Source: a virus
Length of the DNA stretch: 64,000 bases
Virus record (IMG/VR): IMGVR_UViG_3300034060_000074
Reading direction: 5' to 3' (one strand)
Translations under genes and position numbers: made by a program
The notes under the pieces: model-generated
Told to the model about the DNA's origin: nothing
Seen by the model: only the letters and a program-made list of their open reading frames with translations
Database searches by the model: none
Shown: piece after piece, positions 27,101 through 38,200 of the stretch
Layout: the number at the start of each line of letters is the position of its first letter
How positions within the stretch are numbered: position 1 is the stretch's first letter

Positions 27101-29236
27101 TCTGATGTAATTATTCATGTCATCAGCAAAGTCAGACAACTCTTCATTAGTAGAGTCTGTATCTCTAGCAGGTCTATCCTTATAGATAGTGTTATAATCA
27201 TTTAAGATTCTATCACCATCTCTTCTCATCACCTGGATTACATCTACAAGAGGTTGTAAGTTTCCAGTTCCTTGTACTAAACGAATAGCTCTTCTCAGAG
27301 TGTTCATACGTTCAATCTTGAATATACGCTCTCCCTCATCACCTACTTGCTCTTTAGCATATTCACGCATTAATGCATTCAACTTACCTAATACACCATC
27401 AAGTGCTTCACTACCAGTGGTTTCTGATTCCTCAGATAGAGGAATAAGTTTCATCTCTGTCAATGGATCTATCTTAGATTTATCTACAGAGCCTATTGCT
27501 ATGCCATCTAGTTTGAATCCTTTCTTAGCATCCATCTTATCCACTCTTCCAAACTCTAAAGAGATGGGAATAGCACGTAACATACCAAATTCTTTGATAC
27601 CATAGTTTTCACGTAGGATGTTTTTGTATGTACCAATCTGAATATTGAAAGCTCCTTGCTTAAACCAAGCAACATCATTGCCTGCAATATGCATAAACTT
27701 CCAATCCAAGATGTGTGTTTTACCTTCTGGCTCTACAGCTAAGAAGTCAATTGTTCCAGCCTCTTTGTTCTTCCTATCATATATAACAACCTCAGAGAAT
27801 ATAAGTGTATCCTTTGGGAATGTTTCAATTAATTCTGTGTAATAGTTTTCTAGAGTTTCATACATAGCTCTACTCTCTAGATTATACTTAGTAGGTCTAG
27901 GCTCAGGATACTCACGTTTAGTTCCATCCTCATTGTAGTATCTACTATGTATTTCTTCTAAGTCTCTGTGTCCAGCTACTCCTAGAGTTCTTTTAAGTTC
28001 ATTGAACTTCTTCTCTTGTTCACTAAACACCTTATTGCCAAACCTTTCTTTATACCAAGCTTTGACCCTATCAGTTACCCTCTTTGTTATCTTTGTCCAA
28101 GTGCCATCATCATTCTTAATCTCATAGCCATTGTTAGCTTCTTCAGAATCCAATAACAAAGGATCAGCATTCTTCTCAGCATATTCAACCTTTCTAATAT
28201 TGTTAGGATCTTGTGTCTTAGCTATGTTTTCCTGTATTACTTTTTGTTGAGGACTAATAATTTGATAGTAAGGACCTTGCCCATTAATAATTGGAATACC
28301 TTCTATCTTACCACCAAGGATTTCACTAGCTGCTTCTCTAAATATATCTATACTAGCTTTACTGTATAGTCCATGAATAAAGTCTTTAATCATACTCCAC
28401 CACTTCTGAACTAATGATATGTTATCTTCATTAGCTAACTCAGGGAAGTATTCATTACCAGTGCCTTCGTTTACAATCACTTCAGCAATTAACTTATCTA
28501 CAGCTTCCTTCTTAATCTTGCGAATATCAGGCTTGCCATTAGGAAGTTGGTAATCTTTATTGTCCTTGTATAATTTGTATGTTTGATTATAGATGGCAAA
28601 CTTATCTATTCTAGATATCATTTGCGTAACTAGTTGAGGATTAGTCTGTTCTATCATAGCTGTAGCTATGTGAACAAGCTCTTCTGTTAATGCTACATCT
28701 TCTTGACCCTCAGCAATAGCAATAACACCTCTAGCCAAGTCAGCTACACCATTAATGTTTGTAGTGTCTAAGCCAGTGTTTTTAGCATATGTTGCTAAGT
28801 CCTCAATAGATATACCCATCTTAGTAGCAGCTTCCTTAACCTTTTCTATAATAGCAGGGGTAGCCACTGTGCTTGGGAATCCAGTTACTTGTAAGAAGTT
28901 AGTTGGTTCGTCATTAGTATAATCATTATCCTCTCCTTCTGTTGTTGGTTTGTTTTCTTCTACAGCCAACTCACTATTGTAATAATCTAAATACTTCTGA
29001 GCAAGCTCATTAGATGGACTGATGAAGTAGGTTGTTCTATCTCCATAGCTTGGAGTGAGTAACATTTCTCCAAAGGCATCATTAACCTTCTTAGCAGAAA
29101 GCTCAGCTAACGTATTATCAGTTATTCTTAATGAATCTCTTTCTCCATGAATATAGGTAAATCCACCATTATCCATAGCAAGGTCTCTTGCTGTGTCTGT
29201 AATATCAAACTTAATATCTAATATACATTTGCTCAT
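24122..29236 (-). CDS. Large putative virion cargo protein (1704 aa) with PD-(D/E)xK nuclease-like and degenerate zincin-like domains
   Basis: EAGTIDFLAVEPEGKTHILDWK; LTEELVHIAT; hydrophobic AILGSLIGMMFSLGFIA near the C-terminus; coupled to the RNAP gene. Confidence 0.65.
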   Translation of the reverse strand: MSKCILDIKFDITDTARDLAMDNGGFTYIHGERDSLRITDNTLAELSAKKVNDAFGEMLLTPSYGDRTTYFISPSNELAQKYLDYYNSELAVEENKPTTEGEDNDYTNDEPTNFLQVTGFPSTVATPAIIEKVKEAATKMGISIEDLATYAKNTGLDTTNINGVADLARGVIAIAEGQEDVALTEELVHIATAMIEQTNPQLVTQMISRIDKFAIYNQTYKLYKDNKDYQLPNGKPDIRKIKKEAVDKLIAEVIVNEGTGNEYFPELANEDNISLVQKWWSMIKDFIHGLYSKASIDIFREAASEILGGKIEGIPIINGQGPYYQIISPQQKVIQENIAKTQDPNNIRKVEYAEKNADPLLLDSEEANNGYEIKNDDGTWTKITKRVTDRVKAWYKERFGNKVFSEQEKKFNELKRTLGVAGHRDLEEIHSRYYNEDGTKREYPEPRPTKYNLESRAMYETLENYYTELIETFPKDTLIFSEVVIYDRKNKEAGTIDFLAVEPEGKTHILDWKFMHIAGNDVAWFKQGAFNIQIGTYKNILRENYGIKEFGMLRAIPISLEFGRVDKMDAKKGFKLDGIAIGSVDKSKIDPLTEMKLIPLSEESETTGSEALDGVLGKLNALMREYAKEQVGDEGERIFKIERMNTLRRAIRLVQGTGNLQPLVDVIQVMRRDGDRILNDYNTIYKDRPARDTDSTNEELSDFADDMNNYIRFSEVFSSIGDDIGYLIYTTDMEEGATTEAEKENIDLRKEILEDLDSESKSIRLSIKQIIKASEEFADKHIGQRNLVAGLTKAEAVIKGLAARFRGVSELPSRALQVLYKLTSTAKNNASADAFKEVEVLMSLRDKLVARGGDTRKLIQKLYQKTTEGGLVNKLIYKYNKDFFEQIDKKASEGGDKEWLLNNIDVEAYKKEAAPLLENQIARINKSSYPGSAEEQNEQREKYILETQRLWDIDREDFNGFNNYVVKRHPKSEWLSDEYLEIQKDSDLLELYNFITKYNEKAKDIGYINNMVAKNFLPFIRKSMAEQLIWDNKLSVMNNFYNSLQARADDTGYGSINEITGELQNGIPKYYTYDFTQTDTGVNDYSEVSEDLFKNLILYIQQVEKYKYLSEVEGQLNLVRTIESFKGHLNTTRYSDVVRKDGNVQELPGNEENTKIYDEFLRSLLYDQKYTIDDADLPLNMDKVTNFIKNGINKVAGKEIFSPEENPTPTSLIKTMDAANRAFQLKTLGFEFISGAANMFGGNIQIATQAGNYFKAREFAKNEAKLIGQSFANEEDKETFIELVNTFMPLKDDLSYEEFKRAGLSKLTRGSLSDTLMVFMRKPEQLLEKATFLTLLENMMVENGRIVSIREFVNSKYKDRYDSAAKFAESKSKIDAEIEELKKTRSIANTRKIEDGKLVIPGLDLNNREEIQRLTTLTRRISRNATGNLSDGDINRMSMSIWTKSMMLFKNWIPKLTDTRFSEFRRVSDDFSVEIGEDGIPIGEKYDIGRIRLLAAVIGSSFKDKQTNLLNIMNMNDEGIKKLNEMYEQYGQEYKRTTGQELYMTKEQFIDMVRNNLQNQIKELAILGSLIGMMFSLGFIAPDDDEDKAAKNFHRYTTRVIDKFVGELSFFYNPVNYQSLLDQGIFPATGIIKDFGRFMDHVWMETTGLDMKSETTAEDVRKKAQPVKNAMKMFPFTKSLVTYLAILDADFAKEYDVTIQKENR

Positions 29237-32200
29237 TAGCAGTTGTTTACATTGTTATTTTCTATCTCTGGAAGACCAGGAACTTTGATTTTCTTAACCT
29301 TTTTAGATACAGCCTTAGGAGCATTATCTTTCTTCACCTCAAAATACTTTCTAATATCATCATCTTCTTTCTCAATGGTTTGAATAAAGCCATTAGGAAT
29401 TACAGATTCTCTAGCATTTTCATAGAACTCATTAGCTCTATAACTATCTCCCCATGCGTTGATCATCTTGTAGATGAATGTATCAGCACCATAGAAGTTC
29501 TTGATGGCAAATGGTGTATCACCATTATATACCTTCTTGAACAATCCTTTCTTGATGTAAGAGAAGTCACCATCTTTTCTCATCTTAATCTTCTCTGACT
29601 TAGTTCCTTCTTCCCATGTATACACAATGTAGTCACTCTTAGACTCACGTGCCATGTGATGTATCTTTACTAACTGAGGAGTTTTACCTGCTTGGATATC
29701 AAGATTTAATGCTTCATTCTTCTTGAACTGTATGCCATTGCTGTAATACCAGTTACCTTGATTGTCCTGTTTGAATGTAGCTTTCTTGTAAGGAACAACA
29801 TCATCATCAGCCCAGTTGTTTCTTTGGAATACACCTAGTTTATAAAATTGATCTAAGTTAGGCATTTTGTCTAACTTGGACAAAGTTTTGTTATATATTT
29901 TTGCAAAGTCTTCGTAAGGAAGTAAGTTAGTAAATGATATAGGACTGTTAGCAATACCAGATTGTAATACAGAAAGTCTAACTAACTTATCATATATAGG
30001 GTCTTTGCCAAGATAAGACTTAAGTTCTTTAAAGCCATATATCATTTGGTTTTGATCATATGTCTTATTGTTCTTATTCTTAATCTTAATGTTATTAACT
30101 CCATCCTCTGTAGGAGCTGGTAGGTTTTCTAATAGATTAACTATAATGTTGTCAAACAACTTATGATTAGGATCTGCTTTAACTTTATTTACAAAGTCTG
30201 TAATTTCACCAGCAGCATTGTCTTCACCCAACAACATACCAGCAATTTCTTGGTTAAGCTTTTGATCCACCTGTACAGCCCAATCAAATAAATTAGTTAC
30301 AGCCTTTCTAGACACATTAACAAATTCATCATCTGACATATCTGTGTATGGTAGAAGCACATTCTCAAGAACACGTCTAGTGTTGTTTTTATCAGAGGTA
30401 AGAATCTCAGCATAAGCATTTCTGATGTTGCCAATTCTTTCAGCTAACTTACCTAAGAAGGAATTTTTTAATATATCATCTACAGAAGAGATGATTGTAT
30501 TCTGTGCTTTGAGCAACTGTTGTTGTTTCTTGAACACTAAGAATGGATCATTAAATGTAGATGTATCAAAGTTAGATCCTTGAGTGACAAGGAACATTTG
30601 ATTAGCCATCCTAGCATATTTTAAGAACTCATCCAACATAAACTGTTGTTCAGCTTTCTGATCTTGGTTCAAGTTGTTATTACCCACTAAACTAGACAAC
30701 TTAGATGCAGAAGGTATAGTTGTAATCTTACTAAAGTTATAGTTATCAGCCACCTTATACTTAGGACTTTGTTTCATTTCTTTAACAAAGTCATCAATAA
30801 ATAACCAAGAGTATCCAGAGTTTTCAATCTTACGTAAGTAATCACGTATGATTGGTTGGTTCATAAAATAGGAAACATCCTCAATAGGCACACCAAGCTT
30901 AGTTAAGAATAACCAAGTGGAAGCTGTATTAGGAGTGGCACCTAGTTCCATGATCCATGGACCCTTAGAGATATCCACGTAGCCATCAATAAACTGACCA
31001 ATGATATCAGAGATGTTATCTCCTTTAGCATTCTTAACCATAGACAATGTAGCAACAGGTTTGTTGTTTATCATTATCTTATTGTAGTCTTTGAAGTTTA
31101 TCTTAGCATCACGTATCCAAGCTCTATCAGCATCATCTAACATAGCTAGTTTGTCTGTGTCAACATATATGGGTTGTCTTTGGTTAAGAGAGTGGTTTGT
31201 TTGGTTAACAGCAGCAATACCAATTGCATACTTACCAGATACAAACGCTTGTCTTAATCTAGACATAAAGTTTCTATCTAACATATTGCCTGGAGTGTCA
31301 TAGTTAAATGATTCAAATCCAAGCTTTCTTGTAATCTTTTTAGCCAACCCTTTCATTTGGTCTGCAGAGTTAGGCTTAGTTAATGACGCAAAGTTTTCTT
31401 CTCTTGTAATTAAGTTTTCCATTGACTGGATATACTCATTCTCAAGACTCTTCTTATACATTCTATCTACAAACTTTTCCATTAGAACTGCCTGTAAATC
31501 AAGGTCATATAAGTCTTCAAGTTTTTTACCTGTCTCTTCCAACTTAGTCATCAATGCATCTTCAATCTCAATAACAGATAAACTATCTCCAAACATATTC
31601 TGAAGTATAGGAATCCATTTCTCAGCAGTCTTGCTAGAAGCTTCGCCAAGAGCAATATCACTTAACAGGTTTTGTAAGTTGCCAAGTTTTACTTTGCTTT
31701 CTTGTGTAATCTTAATCTTGTTTTCAGATATATCAGCATACAAGTCTTCAAACTTTTCTTTAGCAGCATCACCAATACCATAGTAAGGAACTAGTTTGAT
31801 GTTGCCAAGACCATCCTTATAAGTATTCTTCAAGTAGATGAATAACTTATCAATGTCAAAGTCAGAACCAGCTTTCTTAACTAGGGCAGAAGGAATCACA
31901 ACACTGTCACCAAACTCTCTAGGAAGGAATTGCTTAATCACAATTGCATCAATAGAGTTTTGTTTCTGTGTAGGGATACGATATGCCACACCTTTTAATA
32001 TCTTTTGTCCTTCTTCTGTATTGTTTAAATAATCAAGAAGTTCTGCGTCAGTCTTATTACTGTCAAACCATCTACCTATCATCACCTCAGCTACACGCTC
32101 ACCTTCTTTATTTGTATAAAACTTAAGAACGTCAGATGTATATCCTTTACCATCCTTAGACTTAATTCTATTCTCTTCTAAGAATGTAGAAGGAATCTGT

Positions 32201-35200
32201 ACCTTTTGACCACCAGACATCTTTGGTGTAATCACCTCTCTGTCTGCAATAGAATATAGGATGTTTCTGATTTGTTGGTAAGCAGGAGTTGCTTCAATAA
32301 CAACTTTGCCTTCTAAGAAACCAGCTAACGCATCAGCCACATTATCATTAACTTCTCTCTTTAATATTTCTCTACGTAATAAGTTAGCAGCTTTAGAGAA
32401 GTCTGCAATCTTAAACTTACCATTCTTTAACTCCTTGATTCCCATTTGTTTAAGAAGGCTTTGATAACCATTATCAATCATTGCTTCCAATAACTCTTGG
32501 TTATGCTTAATCTCATTATATAAGTTTTTACCATCATTATAGGTAGACTTATTCTTAAGAGCGTTCCATTTATCAAGACGTTGATTAAAGTTATCACCTG
32601 GTTCAAAGTCAACAGGTACACCAGCTTCCATGTAGTCAAGAGTGACTAACTTAGTAATCTGACTACCTCTAGTTACAACAGACTCATCTTTAGATGGAAC
32701 CTCAGATTGTATAGACATGATACCAAATGGTACATTAACAATACCTACATAAGGAGCTTCATTGAATTGATCGTTCTCATTGTAGGGTTCGTTAAGCTCT
32801 TCAGCTCCCACCTTTCTACCAGACTTAAACACTGTGTAATCAATGTTCTCAGCTTGCATTTTATTGTAAAACTTAATACTATTTGATTCTGGATTAAGTT
32901 GATGTAACACTCTGAAACTCAATGGATAAAGAGCAAACTTATCTAATACAATATCATTATAAGATCTACCATTAGCTTTGTTACCAGACACAATAGGTTT
33001 AAGAGGAGTGTATGCACTCTTTACACTTGGGTTCTTTTTATTAAACTCAGCAATCTCTTCCTTATTTGCACCAGACTTAACAAGCTTCTCATAAGCAATA
33101 TCAAATTTGTATTGTAATTCCTCATTATCATTCCACTCACCTGCACGTATTCTAAAGTTGCGATAGCCCTTCATAGTGATAATACCACTACCATCTGTTT
33201 CTTCCCAAGCCTCTTCTTCATAGCCAGGAAGATCACCAGTTGCTAAGACATCAGCATATGTTGCTGTTCTAAAATAGTCTTGAGTAAAGTCTGTACGTCC
33301 TATGTCACCTTCATCAAATCCTTCATTCCAAATATTATTCAACGCAGCATTCATGCTTGCTGAATTAGAAATAATAGATTGACGTGGAGATAGGAAACTC
33401 TTGATACGCTTTAACTCATCTTTATATTGATATGGATCTGAGTATAATAATTTATGTAACTCAATGTTGTTAATCATGAAATTGATTTGCAACATTTCAA
33501 GTTCTCTATTTAAGTTTTCTGTTGTAGTGGTGCCAGATTGAGCAAACGCTAAGTTTTCAACAAACCAAGTTTCTTTCTCTTCTCCTTTGGTAATGATACC
33601 ATAGTTGCTAAGACTTCTTTTGAATGCTGCTGTCTTTTCAACAATATACTTAGTGATGGCTTCATCTATTGCATTTACATTTGTATCCTCATCAGTGAAT
33701 GCATCATACACTTCTTGTGGTGTAAGCACTTCACCATTTTCACTCATAACTTGATCATGTAACTCTTCACCAAGGATATCCTTGAAGAAGCGTAACTCAT
33801 TAGTGTTTCTAGTGAATGGGCGAGTCTCTCTAGCTAATTCAATCTCAGAGAATAAATATCCTCTGAATGTATCTAGTACACCACCTGGTTGACTATAACC
33901 TGCTCTGATTGATTCCTTAGAAATAAAGTTGCCCATGTTTACCATGTGCTCAAGAGAAGCATCACCAGGTACAAGGTTGTAATAGTAACCAGCAAGGTTC
34001 ATATTAATCTCTTGTACTAAACGTTGTTTATATGTAAGCTTAGAAGATTGTTTCTTTTTACCATTACCTTGGTCTAATGTACCATCAGCCCAAGAAGCTT
34101 CCATTAACTTTTCTGTACCTTTTATACGATTACCTCCTTCAGCAATATTAAACATCTGTCCTAGGATAACTGAGTTCTTAGCAAAGTTATCTGTAAGTAA
34201 ATATGAATATGGAGTATCACGTAAGTCATTGATATTCTGTGCTTTAGAAAGAACATCTGATAATTTACTTAAAGCATTGACACCAATGAATGATTGTGTA
34301 GCATCTCCATTTACATTGTAGAACACACTATCAAATTCAGGGTTATCTATCTTAGCTTTGATATTAGCTAGTTTTAATAATCTACCATTGATAGATAATA
34401 CACTACCAGAGAAGGTAGCCACCTTATTTAACTCAGTAAAGCTTTTCTTAATACCCTTTACTGATTCTGAGAAGTCATCTTGATCCTCACCTGACATTTC
34501 TAATAAGTCAGCTTTGTTAAATATAATACCAAACTTCTTTAAGAAATTAAGTTGCTCATCAAGTGTATCTACAGCAAACTTAGAAATAACAGCTTTACCA
34601 TTAGCATCTACAACAGGCATATAAGCTTTCTGTAAACTACTATATTGGAAATATCCATTTTGTTTCTTTACAGAAACAACAATAGCATTTAAGAAATCTT
34701 GATTAAGTTGTCTTGCAGCAGTGGCAAAATTAGAATCACCCACTTGTACTTCTCCATTAGGTAATATATATAAGTTCTTTACAATAGGACTTTGCTTATT
34801 GAAAGTTCTCCATAGAGCTGAAACTAATTGAAGGTCATGTCTGTTCTTCAAATCAGTGAACTCAAATGTATCCATGTTATATGAACTCTTTGATATGCGT
34901 TCATATAGAGTGCGATAGTTTTCATCATCTTCAGCTAGCTTGCGAAGACCCTCAATCATTTCATCAGGGCTATTAGAATCATGTGTTTGGTTCATAATAG
35001 CCATAAACACCTGACTAGTAGGAAGTAAGGTGGCACCATTAATAGATGAATGCACAATTTTACCTTCTCTTACAATAGGTATTGTAGATAGTAATAGCTT
35101 CACAGCAGCGTTTGCTCTCTTGAAGTTATCTATCTGAGTGGCTTCACCATATGGATCTTCTTTAGCTTTATCAGTTATGTAAGCTGCTTCATTGTTGTTA

Positions 35201-38200
35201 TCAAACTCAATGTTATAAGCAGATAAGTATTCTTTATGTTTTTCAGCTAACTCCTCCCAGTTGTCTGTAATCTTTTGCCATAAAGCTCTAGACTTCTCTT
35301 TAGTAGAAGCTGCTTGCTCTTCAGTGATTACACCTTGATCTATTAAATCTTCAGCAGCCTTCATTGTTTTAAGGGCTGTCTTTTGTAAGTCTTCTTTAAG
35401 CTCTTGATATAATTCTACTTTGTTTACGCTTGGAATAGTGAAGAGACTCTTGTTATTCTTTGTAAACTTACCTAATGTTACATAGGTCATTTGTTGCATG
35501 ATGTCATGCACAGTTTGACCAGGTAGATCCTTAATACGATACTCACTATTAGCTCCACCATAAGCATCTGAAATATCTATAATGCCATTCTTAGCATATG
35601 ATAACTGAGAACCTAAAGGAGAATATTCTTTATAAAAACCACCAGTCATTCTCTTGAATAATTCTTCTGTGTTTCTTGCAGCTTGAGGACCATAGAAGAA
35701 TGACTTAATGAAGTTAACTAAGTCATTAAATAACTTAACAATAAATGGTTGTCCTTTAGCTGGTTTAGCTGGAACCTTTCCATATTGTACAAAGTCTCTG
35801 AATTCCTCAGCTAATTGTTCTTTGATTTGAAATGCAGTGGCATTAGAGTATTTAATATCTTGTCCTGTAATTCTATCTACAAAACTACCACTTCTATCTT
35901 TGAACTCATTTACAATGTTATCTCTTTCCTCAGGGCTAGAGAACATCTTCCATACAGCTTCAAACACTTCATGGTATGCTGTACCAACTTCTGCGTTGGC
36001 ATATACATACACACCACCATTCTTTAACATGCCCCAAGCTTCTAATCCATTAGTTCCTCTGATTATATTCTTAACTCTGTATAAAGGAATGTTAGGGAAG
36101 TTTGCTTTAAAGAAAGCTTCTATCTTAGGCCAGTCTTCTTTTTCAAACTTAGTGATTTGATCCTTAGTCTTAATACGAAAAGGAGCATCATCACCCATGC
36201 TATTCAATTGTCTTCTGATTAACTCTTCTGCATCAGGAGTAGTTGTAACAATCTGTGCAGCTTGTTTCTCTTCAGCTTTAGTAGTAGGTTGCTTTTCTAA
36301 AGCAGCTAGTTCTGCATTATATTTAGCATTAATAGCTTTAACTCCAGCTACTGTAATGTCTCCTGATTTATATTTATCTAACTCTTCTTTTCTTCTTTTT
36401 TCTATATCAGCTTCTTCAGCAGAAACAGGAGCAATAGATTGTGCTGCTTGTTGAGGAGCAACCTTCTGATATATAGATGCTACTAAAAGATCTGTAGCTT
36501 TCTTCTTGTCAATATTTCTACTCTTAGCTAATGCTTCAATAGCTTTGGTATTACCTAAATCATCTTGAACTAAACTAATACCTTTCTTACCACCACTAGT
36601 CTCAAGTTCTTTAGCATCAGCTACAAATGTAATCTTTCCTAATTGAGGATTGTCAATTACATTAGGTGTTTGATTATCAAGGATATATCTAGCTGTAGCT
36701 GTCTCAGCTAACTCACCTGTTCTAACAGCACCAGGAGTTAATAATATTGGTTTTTCTTTACCAACCTTCTCCACCACACCTGCATATTTATCAGCAGTGT
36801 CTGTAACTACAAAGTAGATACCTTCTCTGTTTGTATCACCCACACCTTTAGTTGGTCTGATAGGTACAGTGAGAGGAGTCTCTTGTCCAGTTCTACCTTC
36901 TGTAGATAATAAGTATGATTGATAGTTCTTCCAAGTCTTAGATTTAATTTTACCATCAGCAGTTACAGATGTAATTTGCTCATATGGTTTATTCCAATTA
37001 GACAAATCTTTAGCAACATAAGCAGATCTTATATTACCATACATCTTTTGTATTTGCTCAACTATCTTATCTTTATTTGATTCAACACCAATAGGACTAA
37101 ATGGTACGTTCATACCTTCATTAGAAATGTTTAATTTCAATCCTATCAATCCTGCTTTGTCAAACCATATACTATTAACACCAGCTTGGTTCTTTGGATT
37201 ACCCCAGTATACAACACTTCTTAACCATTCTAATAAACGAGTGGCTTCAGCAGAACTAAGATCACCATCTGTATATTTAATCTCTGATAGTCTGTAGATA
37301 GCATCATAAATTAATGTAGCTTCTTGTAAGCTATGTTGTTTGTTTTGTAAAGCAACATAACCATTAGCTCCAATTAAGAATGGTTTTCCTAACGCTTTGG
37401 TATAACGTGTTGATCCTCTTGATATTACACCATCCCCTAATGTTGGAACATAGATTACAGGCTTCTCAGCTAAGTCAGATTGTTTGATTAATCCAGCTTC
37501 TGTTACACCTGTTCTAGCATTCTCTACAAGTTTACCTTCAGTGTCTACCACTGGTTGAGGTATACCAAAAGATGCTTCTATCTTATGAGGTTCAAGTTCT
37601 TTACTTTCTAATGTATCTTCTACAAACTTTGTATACTCTTTAGTAATGGCTTTTATTACATTGTCAGGAGTTCCCTCTCTGAACATGCTCTTTCCACCAT
37701 ACTTCTCACTCCATTGGAGTTTAGGGTCAGGCATTACTTGGAACACAATCTTATCAAAGTTGCTTCCTATTATTGGTTGACCATCAACACCTACAAGTTT
37801 TACACCATTGCCTGATTGCTCAACCATTACTAATGCAATAGTTTTACCAGGCTCTACATCACTAGTTCCTTTGATGTGATTCATTAATCCACCAAGTCCT
37901 AATGCTTCTTCATTAGCTAATGTAACATATACACCACGTATCTTCTCCCTGTTAGGAAAGTTGTATAGGTTTGCACCAAATGCAACAGAGTTCTTATAAC
38001 CAGGAAGTTGCTGTGTAGCAACTGTAGCTCTAGGAACTACGTTGGTATCTTTTCTATTGTCTGTATCAGTTACATATATTGTTGGAACAGGAACATCTGT
38101 TGGAACTGATTCAGTATCTGATGTAGAAAGGACTTGAGCGTTACCTTTTTGATTCTTTATTTCAGCCTCTCTATTCTTTAAAAAGTCTGCTGATTGTTCA

